64,000 nucleotides of DNA from an archaeon (GTDB taxonomy: Archaea > Nanobdellota > Nanobdellia > Pacearchaeales > GW2011-AR1), in contig JABHLR010000005.1 of NCBI GenBank assembly GCA_018693315.1, positions 11,975 to 75,974 of the forward strand. Direction: 5' to 3'. The notes under the pieces are model-generated. The model was given only the letters and a program-made list of their open reading frames with translations. It was not told the origin of the DNA and ran no database searches. Shown here one piece after another: positions 37,104-46,076 of this stretch. A program made the translations under genes and the position numbers. Position 1 is the stretch's first letter. Every line of letters begins with the position of its first letter.

Positions 37104-38183
37104 TTAGCTTAAATCGTCTAGTCCGAGTTCGTTGACGCTGATTGTATCTTGATCGTCGAAGGAGCTTGTGTTTTTCCCTAGGATGTATGGCGACTTAACA
37201 CCTGTCATAATTGTAATGACTCTTACTCGTCCTTGGAATTCTTTGTTAACTCTTGCTCCGATGATTACCTGCGCTTCTGGGCTTAGGTTTTCAGTAACTA
37301 ATCTTCCGATACTATCGAATTCTTCAAGCTTTAAATCTGGTCCGCATGTGATGTGGACTAGTGCGCCTGTTGCGCCCCTATAATCTACATCCAATAGTGG
37401 ATGAGTTAGTGCTTGTTGAACTGCTGCGTCTACTCGTGCGTTTGAGTTATCTTCACCGATACCTATTACCGCTACATCTCCGTTCTTCATGATAGAAGAA
37501 ACGTCTGCATAGTCTAGGTTGATTAGGGAAGGTAGTGTGATTGTCTCAACGATACCTTTAATCATAGTGGATACTAGCTCGTTCGCAACTGCGAATGCTT
37601 GTTCCATTGGTAATTGTCCTGCGATGTCAACTAATCTATTATTGTCTAATACGATTACTGTGTCGACGACTTCTCTTAGCTCTTGTAGGCCGAACTCTGC
37701 TTTGTCGATTCTTGCTTTTTCTGCCTCGAAAGGCATTGTAACAACTGCGATAACTACTGCGCCTGCTTCTTTAGCTAATTGAGCAACTACTGGAATGGAT
37801 CCAGTTCCGGATCCTCCTCCCATACCAGCCAGAACGAAAACCATATCCGAATTCGAAACAGATTTCTTCAGGTCAGTAAGAGATTCTTTAGCAGCTTCTC
37901 GTCCCTTTTTAGGGTAGCCTCCACATCCTAAACCACGTGTAAGTTCCTTACCGATAAGGATCTTTTCGTCAGTTTTAGTAATGGATAGATGAAGTGCATC
38001 AGTGTTGATACCATAAATGGTAGCTCCGTTGATACCCTTGTTGAAAAGCCAGGTCGCCATGTTACATCCACATCCTCCGCATCCGAAAACCTTGATGTTG
38101 GCTTTACCAGCTTTAAGATCATCAAAATTAATTGAGTTTGCTTCCGCAGTTTGTATTGCTTCTTTTGCAAAATCTAATGGCAT
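37104..38183 (-). CDS. ftsZ: FtsZ/tubulin-family GTPase with an atypical Cys-containing G-box
   Basis: Tubulin signature GMGGGSGTGS. N-terminal nucleotide-binding motif reads KVFGCGGCGCN rather than the canonical GVGGGGGN. Confidence 0.8.
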   Translation of the reverse strand: MPLDFAKEAIQTAEANSINFDDLKAGKANIKVFGCGGCGCNMATWLFNKGINGATIYGINTDALHLSITKTDEKILIGKELTRGLGCGGYPKKGREAAKESLTDLKKSVSNSDMVFVLAGMGGGSGTGSIPVVAQLAKEAGAVVIAVVTMPFEAEKARIDKAEFGLQELREVVDTVIVLDNNRLVDIAGQLPMEQAFAVANELVSTMIKGIVETITLPSLINLDYADVSSIMKNGDVAVIGIGEDNSNARVDAAVQQALTHPLLDVDYRGATGALVHITCGPDLKLEEFDSIGRLVTENLSPEAQVIIGARVNKEFQGRVRVITIMTGVKSPYILGKNTSSFDDQDTISVNELGLDDLS

Positions 38184-38288
38184 ATTCTCTTTTATTTAAA
38201 CCTCCTTTCAAGTGTTGAAATTGGATAGTAATATGGAGGCGTTTTTGTTTAAAAGAATATGTGTGGTGCGAAAACTATTTTGTAGGGG

Positions 38289-39425
38289 TTATGCGGCGAG
38301 AAGATGTCTTCGATTATGTGGGTGAGCGAGTCCTTCTAGGATATGTTGCTTTGTTGTTGTTCTCCATCGAATTCTTTGGTCTCCAGCTCCATAATAGATG
38401 TATATTTGATCGCCTTCTACAATCATTGCTGTTGGAAATGCCACGTCTTTAATTGTTTCTAGTCTTCCGCGTCCAGTCCTTTCTCTTAATCTGTCTTCTG
38501 GTTTCGGGGATAACAGCGCATCTCTTAGTCTTGCAGTTGCTACTGGTTCTGTTTGTCCAAGTTCAAAGAAGCTTCCGAAATATTGATACCAGTTTAAGAA
38601 TGGGCCTTCGGTTCCTATTACTCTATGGCAGGTTGCGATTTTTCTTCCATCGATGTCAATTGGCGGTCCACCCATTCCGATTTTTTGCCAGCCTTTTTCT
38701 GGGGTTAAAATAGTTCTGTCTTCGAGATTTGCGATTTCGTTTTCCCAATAATCTTTTCTGCGTAAATCGCTTTCATGTTCGAATGGATGGTATTGTATGC
38801 TTTCTGGGAATCTTCCGAAGAGACCTTTTTCTGTTGGGGTTGGATAGTAAAATGATGCGTCTTTGTTTGGGAGGAGCATATCACCCTTTCCGAATTTTTT
38901 GGCTATTTCTAGAAGTGGGGTCCATATTCTTCCGTAGTATGAATCTTTCCCAGCTATGTCTATGGCTCGTTTTAATGGGACCCGAGGTCCGGCGATTCCC
39001 TGATATTCTGCTTCTGTAAGTTCTGGGTCTGAGATGTAGTGTGCGATTCTTGGATCTTTTCCGTCGAATGAAATTGCTGCGATGTCTAGATTTCCGTCGG
39101 GTCTCATTACTGCTCTTGCGTCCTCTGTCCCAAATTTTGCGTAGTGATTGTCGGCTCCGATCAATACTCTGTATTCTTCGCTTAGTCTTGTTGGAGTTTC
39201 TAAGAATGTTGCGTAAACTTTTGAAATTTCATCTCTGGGGTTTCCGGACATTTTGCGGCCATCTCTGGGGACACGTGCACGGATTAACATAGGGTATCCT
39301 TTTCCTTCAATGTAGGTTGGTACGACCGATGGGTTGCATGAAATCTTGTTAGGGGTTTCTAGAATTCCGTCTCTATCAGTGGGCTCTCTTACGTCATCAT
39401 CGGGTGGTTCGTCCGAATCTTCCAT
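38289..39425 (-). CDS. GH130-like glycoside phosphorylase-family protein
   Basis: Blocks FDGKDPRIAHY (cf. EDPRI), KIGMGGPPIDIDGRKIATCHRV (cf. kiGaGpPPI...YHG) and GDQIYIYYGAGDQRI (cf. lyiYYGaaDt). Confidence 0.5.
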   Translation of the reverse strand: MEDSDEPPDDDVREPTDRDGILETPNKISCNPSVVPTYIEGKGYPMLIRARVPRDGRKMSGNPRDEISKVYATFLETPTRLSEEYRVLIGADNHYAKFGTEDARAVMRPDGNLDIAAISFDGKDPRIAHYISDPELTEAEYQGIAGPRVPLKRAIDIAGKDSYYGRIWTPLLEIAKKFGKGDMLLPNKDASFYYPTPTEKGLFGRFPESIQYHPFEHESDLRRKDYWENEIANLEDRTILTPEKGWQKIGMGGPPIDIDGRKIATCHRVIGTEGPFLNWYQYFGSFFELGQTEPVATARLRDALLSPKPEDRLRERTGRGRLETIKDVAFPTAMIVEGDQIYIYYGAGDQRIRWRTTTKQHILEGLAHPHNRRHLLAA

Positions 39426-39456
39426 ATTTTATATATGTGTTTTTTGTTTAAAAGCT

Positions 39457-40458
39457 TTATTGTTCTACAAAATCGCGTATATTTTGTTTGAATTTTTCGA
39501 GGTCTTTTGTTTGAATTTTCCCCCCTGCTGCCGAAGTGTGTCCTCCGGTTTTTGCGTTCTCTAGTCCTTTGATCCCTTCTCTGAGAATTCTCGATACATC
39601 TTTTTTTCTTGAGTGATTTCTTCCGCTTAGAGAAAGGCTTCCGTCTGCCCAGGGTATTACGAAAATGATTACGTCATCGGGGTTGTTTCTGCTAATTATG
39701 GCTGCGACTGGTTTTTTTATGTAGTAGTGTGGGTCGAGACAATATAGGTTTATGTTTCCGAGTTTTTCTTTTTTTGATTCGTATTCTTCTACGAATTTTT
39801 GAACCTCGTTTTCTACTGGTTCCGAATATTTTTTGAGTTGTGCTATCTCTTCTATTGAGTTTATTTCTTTCAGTATTTCAAATGCTTTATCTGGATCTTT
39901 GTTGAAGTATACGAGGGTGTTCGTTATTATGCTCGTTACGTTTTCCCGGAATTTGTCTAATGACATTCCGATTTCTTTTAGGAAGTTGTCTATGAATTCT
40001 TGGTTGATCGGGTGGAGATCTCCGGCATCTGCTATTGTTCCGGCGACGCTTAACCATTTTTTTATTTCTGTTAATTCTCCGACTGTTCTTGATGATGGGA
40101 TATATCCTTCGTCTACTGTTTGGTATGATAAGAGTTCTTTTGGGACTTCTTGTGCTTTTGGGTGATGATCTGTGTATAGGATTTCTTTATCTAGAGGGAG
40201 GTTGAGATATTCTACTCCTGATGGGGCTATGTCTGCTATTAGTATTTTGTCGAATTCTTCGAAACTTGTTTGGTCGTCCCATTCTTTGTAATCGAATGTG
40301 AAGTGTTTTGCTTCCACTCCTCTGTTTTTACACCAGTCGTAGAATAATATTCCTGATGCGAATCCGTCGAGGTCGTCGTGGTGAATTATTGCAACTTTGT
40401 CTTCGCTGGTGATATTATCTAAGAATTCTTTTGCTTGGTTGAAATTTATTTCTGGCAT
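39457..40458 (-). CDS. DHH/DHHA1 phosphoesterase (NrnA/RecJ-like)
   Basis: Motifs HHDDLDGFASG, TDHHPK and GGHTSAAGG. Confidence 0.7.
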   Translation of the reverse strand: MPEINFNQAKEFLDNITSEDKVAIIHHDDLDGFASGILFYDWCKNRGVEAKHFTFDYKEWDDQTSFEEFDKILIADIAPSGVEYLNLPLDKEILYTDHHPKAQEVPKELLSYQTVDEGYIPSSRTVGELTEIKKWLSVAGTIADAGDLHPINQEFIDNFLKEIGMSLDKFRENVTSIITNTLVYFNKDPDKAFEILKEINSIEEIAQLKKYSEPVENEVQKFVEEYESKKEKLGNINLYCLDPHYYIKKPVAAIISRNNPDDVIIFVIPWADGSLSLSGRNHSRKKDVSRILREGIKGLENAKTGGHTSAAGGKIQTKDLEKFKQNIRDFVEQ

Positions 40459-40778
40459 TTTAGTGCGGCGTATTTTAGCTTTATATTTTTAATGGTTGTT
40501 TTGGAGAGGATTAGAGCTTCTTGTTCTAGATCTTTTGATTCTTCTTTTTCTGTCATGTATATTATTTTAAAATCTTTTCCGAATCTTTCGTCTGGTTTTC
40601 CGTCGCCGTTTTCGTCAATGACTTCGAGGAGTTCGGTGTCGTACCATACCCATGCTGTGGGGATTAGTGTTGCGAGTGAGGCTTTGTTTTTTTTGAAGAG
40701 TGCTTTGACTTCTTGAGTTGCGTAGATTTCGGTTCTGAATCTTCCGAGAGTTAGCTCGCCGATTTTTGAGGGTTTCAT
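40446..40778 (-). CDS. Hypothetical protein (110 aa)
   Basis: ORF overlaps the nrnA-like start by 13 nt on the same strand. Confidence 0.35.
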   Translation of the reverse strand: MKPSKIGELTLGRFRTEIYATQEVKALFKKNKASLATLIPTAWVWYDTELLEVIDENGDGKPDERFGKDFKIIYMTEKEESKDLEQEALILSKTTIKNIKLKYAALKCQK

Positions 40779-40830
40779 ATATATTATTTAATATACACTT
40801 GTTTAAAAACTTTCATTGTTGGGTTAAATA

Positions 40831-41124
40831 ATGAAAGTTTTGCATTTTAGGGATTTTAATTGCGAGGGTATTGGTGGAGACGGAAAGTCTTTTCTTGAAG
40901 GAGAGGATAGGGAGCCTGTATCTGTAGCTGTTTTTGAAGACCTTAGTTCCGTTCCTATTGTTTGTGGGTATTATGATCCAGAGACTGAAAATTGCGTGGA
41001 CAATAGAGCCTGTCCACATGTTCGTGACCCTATAGAGTTCCCACTTAAGTCTGATCCAAATTATTTAGATAGAATTGAAGCTGGACTCGCTGCGACTAGG
41101 ATCTCAGTGAGATCTTGGAGCTGA
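40831..41124 (+). CDS. Hypothetical protein (97 aa)
   Basis: ORF only. Lone + strand gene inside a block of - strand genes. Confidence 0.3.
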   Translation: MKVLHFRDFNCEGIGGDGKSFLEGEDREPVSVAVFEDLSSVPIVCGYYDPETENCVDNRACPHVRDPIEFPLKSDPNYLDRIEAGLAATRISVRSWS

Positions 41125-41126
41125 TT

Positions 41127-42458
41127 TTATTCAAAGTCTTTGGCGAGTTTAAAGATTAGTTCTTCTTGGAAATGTGGTGCCATAATTTGGAGTCCGATGC
41201 CGCCGTTCCATTGCCCTTCGATAGGTAGAGAGATTGCCGGGATGCCTGCTATGTTTGCTAATGCTGTTAGGATGTCGTAGGAATACATTTCTTTGTCTGA
41301 GATTGATTCTCCTATTTTGTGTGGTTTTCGTGGAACTGTTGGCATGATGATTGCGTCGACTTCTTGGAATATTTTTTCGAATTGTTTTTTGACGAAGCTT
41401 CTTGCCCGTAGTGCTTCTTTGTAAAATCTTCCTTCGTGTTCGGCCTTTGTTATTTCTGAACCCCCAAGAATTCTTTTGATAACTTCTGGGCCTGCGGCGT
41501 CTTCTATTTTTTTACCAAATCTTCTACCGTCGAATTTTCTCGTTGCTGAAAAGAATTCTGTGAAGACGATTATGAAATAAGTTTCTAGTGCGATGCCCAA
41601 TGGTAGGTTTACTTTTTTTATTTTCCAGTTGTTTTTCTTCGCGATTTCTTTTGTTTTTTCTTCGATTGCGTTTGCTATTTCTTCGTTGCAGAAATCTTTG
41701 ACGTTGACTAATCCGATTATTCCTTTCTTTGTTGGTTTTGATTTTGGCGCGTCTTTTGTTGTTTGATCGAAGTTATCTTGGCCTTTGATTATGTTGAAAA
41801 TTAGTTTTGCGTCCTCGGCTGAGTTTGCTAGTGGGCCTATGCAGTCGAAGGACATGCACATGTCGATTAGGCCGTAACGTGATACTGCACCGTATGTTGG
41901 TTTTAGTCCTGTGACGCCGCAGTGTGATGCTGGGACTCGGATTGATCCGCCCGTGTCTGAGCCTAGTGCGAAATCGCAAAGTTCTTCTGCGACTGCTGCT
42001 GCCGAGCCTGAGGATGAGCCGCCGGGAATTAGTTCTGGGTTTCTAGGATTTTTAGTTGGACCGAATGCTGAAGTTTCTCCTGACCATCCGCATGCGAATT
42101 CGTCCATGTTGACTCCACCTAAGAGTATTGCGTCTTCGGCTAGGAGTTTGTTGATGACTGTTGCGTTGTATGGAGAGGTGTAGTCTTCGAGTACTTTTGA
42201 TGCGCATGTTGTTTTTTGATGTTTTACCGAGATGTTTGATTTAATGGCGAAGCATAGTCCTGCAAGTTTTCCTGCTGTTCCTTTTTTGATTCGTTTGTCG
42301 ATTTCTTTTGCCTGGTCGATTGCGTCTTCGTTTAGGTTTAGGAAAATGTTTAGGTCTTTTGTTTTTGGGGTTGAGATTTTTTTGGAGAAGTTCATTAGGT
42401 TTTCAACTGCTGTTAGTTTACCTTCTTTGATTTGTTTTAGTTTTGTTTTTAGAGTCAT
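41127..42458 (-). CDS. gatA: Asp/Glu-tRNA amidotransferase subunit A (amidase family)
   Basis: Amidase signature GGSSGGSAAAVA and catalytic Ser/Lys context. 443 aa. Confidence 0.85.
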   Translation of the reverse strand: MTLKTKLKQIKEGKLTAVENLMNFSKKISTPKTKDLNIFLNLNEDAIDQAKEIDKRIKKGTAGKLAGLCFAIKSNISVKHQKTTCASKVLEDYTSPYNATVINKLLAEDAILLGGVNMDEFACGWSGETSAFGPTKNPRNPELIPGGSSSGSAAAVAEELCDFALGSDTGGSIRVPASHCGVTGLKPTYGAVSRYGLIDMCMSFDCIGPLANSAEDAKLIFNIIKGQDNFDQTTKDAPKSKPTKKGIIGLVNVKDFCNEEIANAIEEKTKEIAKKNNWKIKKVNLPLGIALETYFIIVFTEFFSATRKFDGRRFGKKIEDAAGPEVIKRILGGSEITKAEHEGRFYKEALRARSFVKKQFEKIFQEVDAIIMPTVPRKPHKIGESISDKEMYSYDILTALANIAGIPAISLPIEGQWNGGIGLQIMAPHFQEELIFKLAKDFE

Positions 42459-43198
42459 AGTAATTCTTCCAATGGTTTTAATTTAGTATTTAGTGGGATT
42501 TCTTCTGTTATAACTTTTCCATTTGATTTGTATAGCTTGTATGCTTTTGCTTTTTTTGAAGAAGTGATTATACGGTATTTGTCATCAATAATTTCTATAG
42601 CAGTACGGTTTTCTAGTGCGATTGCTGAACCGCCGTATTTCTTTATCATTCTTTTAAGAGATGACTGTCTTGATTTTTCTGCGTTATAGTGAGGGCAAAC
42701 CATTAGGTCTACGAAGTCAAGTCCTTTCAGTTTTATTAATTTTTTATTCTTGGATGGTCCAAATCTCATTGAGTCGGAGTTTCCATATTTCATCCAACAG
42801 ATTGCGCCTGCGCTTATTCCTGAGAGAACTATATCTTTTTTGGCTGCCTTTTCAAGTATCTTATCGACTCCGAGTTTTCTCCATGTTTTTAGCATTCGGA
42901 GTGTGTTCCCTCCGCCAACGTAAATTATATCAGAATTTAAAATTTTATTTTCAATTTCTTTTTTTGTGTAATTTTCTTTTAGCAGGTATAGTGCGTCTGT
43001 TTTGCATCCTAGCTTCTCTCCGTAGTATTTTTTAACAACATCATAATAAGACTCAGAGTCGCTACTTGCAGTTGGAATGAATAGAACTCTTGGGTGCTTC
43101 TTCCCAGTTAGTTTTATTATTTCTTGATCTATTTTTTTTGTTTCAATTTTTGTTCCAGGTCTTCCTATCTCTCCGCCACCAATTGCTACTAGTTTCAT
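42455..43198 (-). CDS. Peptidase S51 (dipeptidase E / cyanophycinase-like)
   Basis: IYVGGGNTLRML...LSGISAGA matches the S51 catalytic Ser context. 4 nt overlap with gatA. Confidence 0.65.
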   Translation of the reverse strand: MKLVAIGGGEIGRPGTKIETKKIDQEIIKLTGKKHPRVLFIPTASSDSESYYDVVKKYYGEKLGCKTDALYLLKENYTKKEIENKILNSDIIYVGGGNTLRMLKTWRKLGVDKILEKAAKKDIVLSGISAGAICWMKYGNSDSMRFGPSKNKKLIKLKGLDFVDLMVCPHYNAEKSRQSSLKRMIKKYGGSAIALENRTAIEIIDDKYRIITSSKKAKAYKLYKSNGKVITEEIPLNTKLKPLEELL

Positions 43199-43815
43199 TT
43201 GATATCTCCTTTTTCGATTAGGAATTTTATATTTGGTGCAACGTTGTGTTTGCCTTGTTTTATCTCTTCGATGTCTAGCCAGATTACTTCTTTAGTAGGT
43301 GCGATTGGTTTTATTTCGTCTGGATTTTTTAATTTTGCGAGATAGTGTATTAGTAGGATCGCCATTTTTTCTTCGGTTTGTGGATTTTTCCAAATGATCA
43401 TTGGATGGAGCGGTTTAATTATTTCGATATTAGCGTTGTTTTCCTCTCTTGCTTCTCGGTAGCATGATTCTTCCAAGTCTTCTGTTCCTGGCGCAACAGA
43501 GCCTCCAGGGATTTTATAGAAGTCATCTTTTCCATCCTTGTTTACTAATAATTTTCCGTCTTGAATAATAACTGGTCCGGTGGCTACGATTGATTTTATG
43601 TTTAGTTTTGCTATTCGCTTGTCGAATTCCTTGAAGATGCTGTTTAGAATAAGTGTTGTAGCTTTTCCTTCTAGTTTTGTACTAAAATCATTATCCTCTA
43701 TCATTCCGTTTTTGCTCATGCTTCTTGCAAGGCTTAATTTTTCTTCTAGGATGTTTGATAATTGTAGATCTAGTTCTTTCATTTTTGATTCTTGTTCATC
43801 GTTCATTTTTTCCAC
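43195..43815 (-). CDS. NUDIX hydrolase
   Basis: Nudix box GGSVAPGTEDLEESCYREAREENN. Confidence 0.7.
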   Translation of the reverse strand: MEKMNDEQESKMKELDLQLSNILEEKLSLARSMSKNGMIEDNDFSTKLEGKATTLILNSIFKEFDKRIAKLNIKSIVATGPVIIQDGKLLVNKDGKDDFYKIPGGSVAPGTEDLEESCYREAREENNANIEIIKPLHPMIIWKNPQTEEKMAILLIHYLAKLKNPDEIKPIAPTKEVIWLDIEEIKQGKHNVAPNIKFLIEKGDIK

Positions 43816-44066
43816 GCTCCTTTTTCTGCTACGATTGCGTCGTCTTTTGCGAATGGCGCGTTTGATAATGTGGTGCTTCGGAATTCTGGATCGGTGTTCC
43901 AGCCTTCGCCTTCTTCTCTTGTTCCTGTTTCGTTTTCGAAGTGGCCTTCTGGAGCTTTTATTTTAGATAATTTTGATGCAAATTCATTTAGGAGCTTCTT
44001 TGAGTCCTTTCGGATTTGTTCTTTTTCTTTCTCGGTGACCTCGTGCCATGTGAAGTTTTTTGTCAT
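43803..44066 (-). CDS. gatC: GatC-like amidotransferase subunit C (putative)
   Basis: 87 aa. C-terminal LSNAPFAKDDAIVAEKG resembles the conserved GatC NAP...DG.F.VP segment. First gene of the overlapping gatC-nudix-pepE-gatA chain. Confidence 0.45.
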   Translation of the reverse strand: MTKNFTWHEVTEKEKEQIRKDSKKLLNEFASKLSKIKAPEGHFENETGTREEGEGWNTDPEFRSTTLSNAPFAKDDAIVAEKGAWKK

Positions 44067-44116
44067 ATAGGATAGTATTTGGAAATGTTTATAATGTTTT
44101 GGTTGTTGGTTATTTT

Positions 44117-44455
44117 ATGAGTGATGACTGTGTGTTTTGTAAGATTGTGAAAGGCGAGATTCCGGCTGAAGTGTTTTTGGCGAATGATGAATTTATTGTG
44201 ATTTTGGATGCGAACCCGAAAGTTGAAGGGCATATGTTGGTGATTCCGAAAGAGCATTATGATAATTTTATGGATTTGCCGTCGGGGATGTATGAGAAGT
44301 TTTTGTCGACTGCGAAGGATGCTATTGAGAAGTTGGGCGTGAAAGATTTTAATTTGATTGTGAATAATGGAAAGGATGCGGGGCAGGTTGTTGGTCATTT
44401 GCATTTGCATATTTTGCCTAGAAAAGATGGTGATGGGTTTGAGATTGGGGCTTAG
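44117..44455 (+). CDS. HIT-family nucleotide hydrolase
   Basis: CVFCKIVKGEIP N-terminus and histidine triad HLHLHILP. ATG at 44117 is in frame with the track ORF. Confidence 0.8.
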   Translation: MSDDCVFCKIVKGEIPAEVFLANDEFIVILDANPKVEGHMLVIPKEHYDNFMDLPSGMYEKFLSTAKDAIEKLGVKDFNLIVNNGKDAGQVVGHLHLHILPRKDGDGFEIGA

Positions 44456-44457
44456 AG

Positions 44458-45843
44458 TTATTTCTTTTTCTTTTTTGGAACATCTGTTTTTATGTGAACG
44501 TCTTTGAGTTGTTGTGTCGATAAAGTTGATGGTGCTTCTGTCATTAGGTCTCGCGCTTCTTTGTTTTTTGGGAATGCGATTGTTTCCCTGATTGATTCTG
44601 CGCCTAATATGATTTGTACCAATCTGTCAAGTCCCCATGCGATTCCGCCGTGAGGTGGTGCTCCAAATTTTAGTGCGTCTAGTAGGAATCCGAATTTTTC
44701 TTTTTGTTCTTTTTCTCCGATTCCTAAAACTTCGAATACTTTTTTCTGGACATCCTCTTCGTGGATTCTGATTGATCCTCCACCGATTTCTGTTCCGTTT
44801 AACACGATGTCGTAAGCGATTGATTTTGCTGACTCTGGATCTTTGTTGAATGATTCCATTTCTGGGTGTGTGAATGGATGATGTGTTGCGATCATTTTTC
44901 CTTTACCTTCTGATTTGTCGAATGCGGGGAAATCTACCACCCAGCAGAATGCGAATTCTTTTGGATCGTCTTTGTTTTTTCTTAGGTCTGGTCTGTCTAT
45001 GTTGTATTTTTTCATTGCGTCATCATATTGAATTCTTTGGAATGGGATTTTGATGTCGACGTTTAAGATTTCTTTCCAGATTTTTTTAAGAAGTTTTTCT
45101 GTTAGTGCTATGATGTCGTCTTGAGATGCGAATGACATTTCGATGTCGAGTTGTGTGAATTCTGGTTGTCGATCTGATCTTAGATCTTCGTCTCGGAAGC
45201 ATCTTGCGATTTGGAAATATTTTTCGAAGCCTGCTACCATTAGAAGTTGTTTGAATAGTTGTGGGGATTGTGGAAGTGCGAAGAATTTTCCTGGCTGTGT
45301 TCTTGAAGGTACGACGTAATCTCGTGCGCCTTCCGGTGTCGATTTTCCTAGGATTGGTGTTTCGAATTCGTTGAAGCCTTCTTCGTATAATGTGTCTCGG
45401 ATGATTCTGATTATTTGGCTTCTTAGGACTAGGTTTTTTTGCATCTCTGGTCTTCTTAAATCTAGATATCTATATTTTAGCCTGGTGTCCTCGTTTAGTT
45501 CATCGTTGTCGATGTCGAATGGTAATGGCGGGCATTTTGTGTAAATTTCTAGTTCTGAGATTTTTATTTCGACTGTTCCGGCTGGAGAGTCTTTGTTTTG
45601 TGTTCCTTCAGGCCTTGGTTTTACTTCGCCTGCTAATCTTACCGAGGATTCTTTGGAAAGTGATTTTGCTATTGCAAAGTTTGTTTCGTCTTTTGCTGTT
45701 GTCAGTGTTTGAACTGTTCCGGTGATGTCTCGGATTTCTAAGAAGATTAGTTTTCCGTGTTCCCTGATTGTGTCGATCCAACCTTTGATTTCTACCTGTT
45801 TTCCTTCCATTGATGGGAGATCTTTGATCATTGTTCTTTCCAT
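44458..45843 (-). CDS. aspS: Aspartyl-tRNA synthetase (archaeal type)
   Basis: N-terminal OB anticodon-binding domain and class II core motifs (FRDEDLRSDRQPEFTQLD, GGGSIRIH). 461 aa. Confidence 0.9.
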   Translation of the reverse strand: MERTMIKDLPSMEGKQVEIKGWIDTIREHGKLIFLEIRDITGTVQTLTTAKDETNFAIAKSLSKESSVRLAGEVKPRPEGTQNKDSPAGTVEIKISELEIYTKCPPLPFDIDNDELNEDTRLKYRYLDLRRPEMQKNLVLRSQIIRIIRDTLYEEGFNEFETPILGKSTPEGARDYVVPSRTQPGKFFALPQSPQLFKQLLMVAGFEKYFQIARCFRDEDLRSDRQPEFTQLDIEMSFASQDDIIALTEKLLKKIWKEILNVDIKIPFQRIQYDDAMKKYNIDRPDLRKNKDDPKEFAFCWVVDFPAFDKSEGKGKMIATHHPFTHPEMESFNKDPESAKSIAYDIVLNGTEIGGGSIRIHEEDVQKKVFEVLGIGEKEQKEKFGFLLDALKFGAPPHGGIAWGLDRLVQIILGAESIRETIAFPKNKEARDLMTEAPSTLSTQQLKDVHIKTDVPKKKKK

Positions 45844-45851
45844 GTTGATTA

Positions 45852-46076
45852 ATGTTAATCGGGGTTTTTAAAATTGTGGGAAGGGTTTTTATAGTGAAAA
45901 GTTTTTGTGGTGTTATGGAAAGTAAGAGGAATATGTTTTGGACTGCTGCTTTGTCTGGTGCTGTCGGTGCTGGGTTTGGTTCTGTTTCGGGTTCGAATAG
46001 TGTTGTTGTGACTTTTATTGTCGGAGCTGTTATTGCGTTTTTGATTGCTTGGGGAATTTCTGGGTTTTTTAAATAA
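45852..46076 (+). CDS. Small hydrophobic protein (74 aa)
   Basis: ORF with two TM-like segments. Weak support. Confidence 0.25.
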   Translation: MLIGVFKIVGRVFIVKSFCGVMESKRNMFWTAALSGAVGAGFGSVSGSNSVVVTFIVGAVIAFLIAWGISGFFK

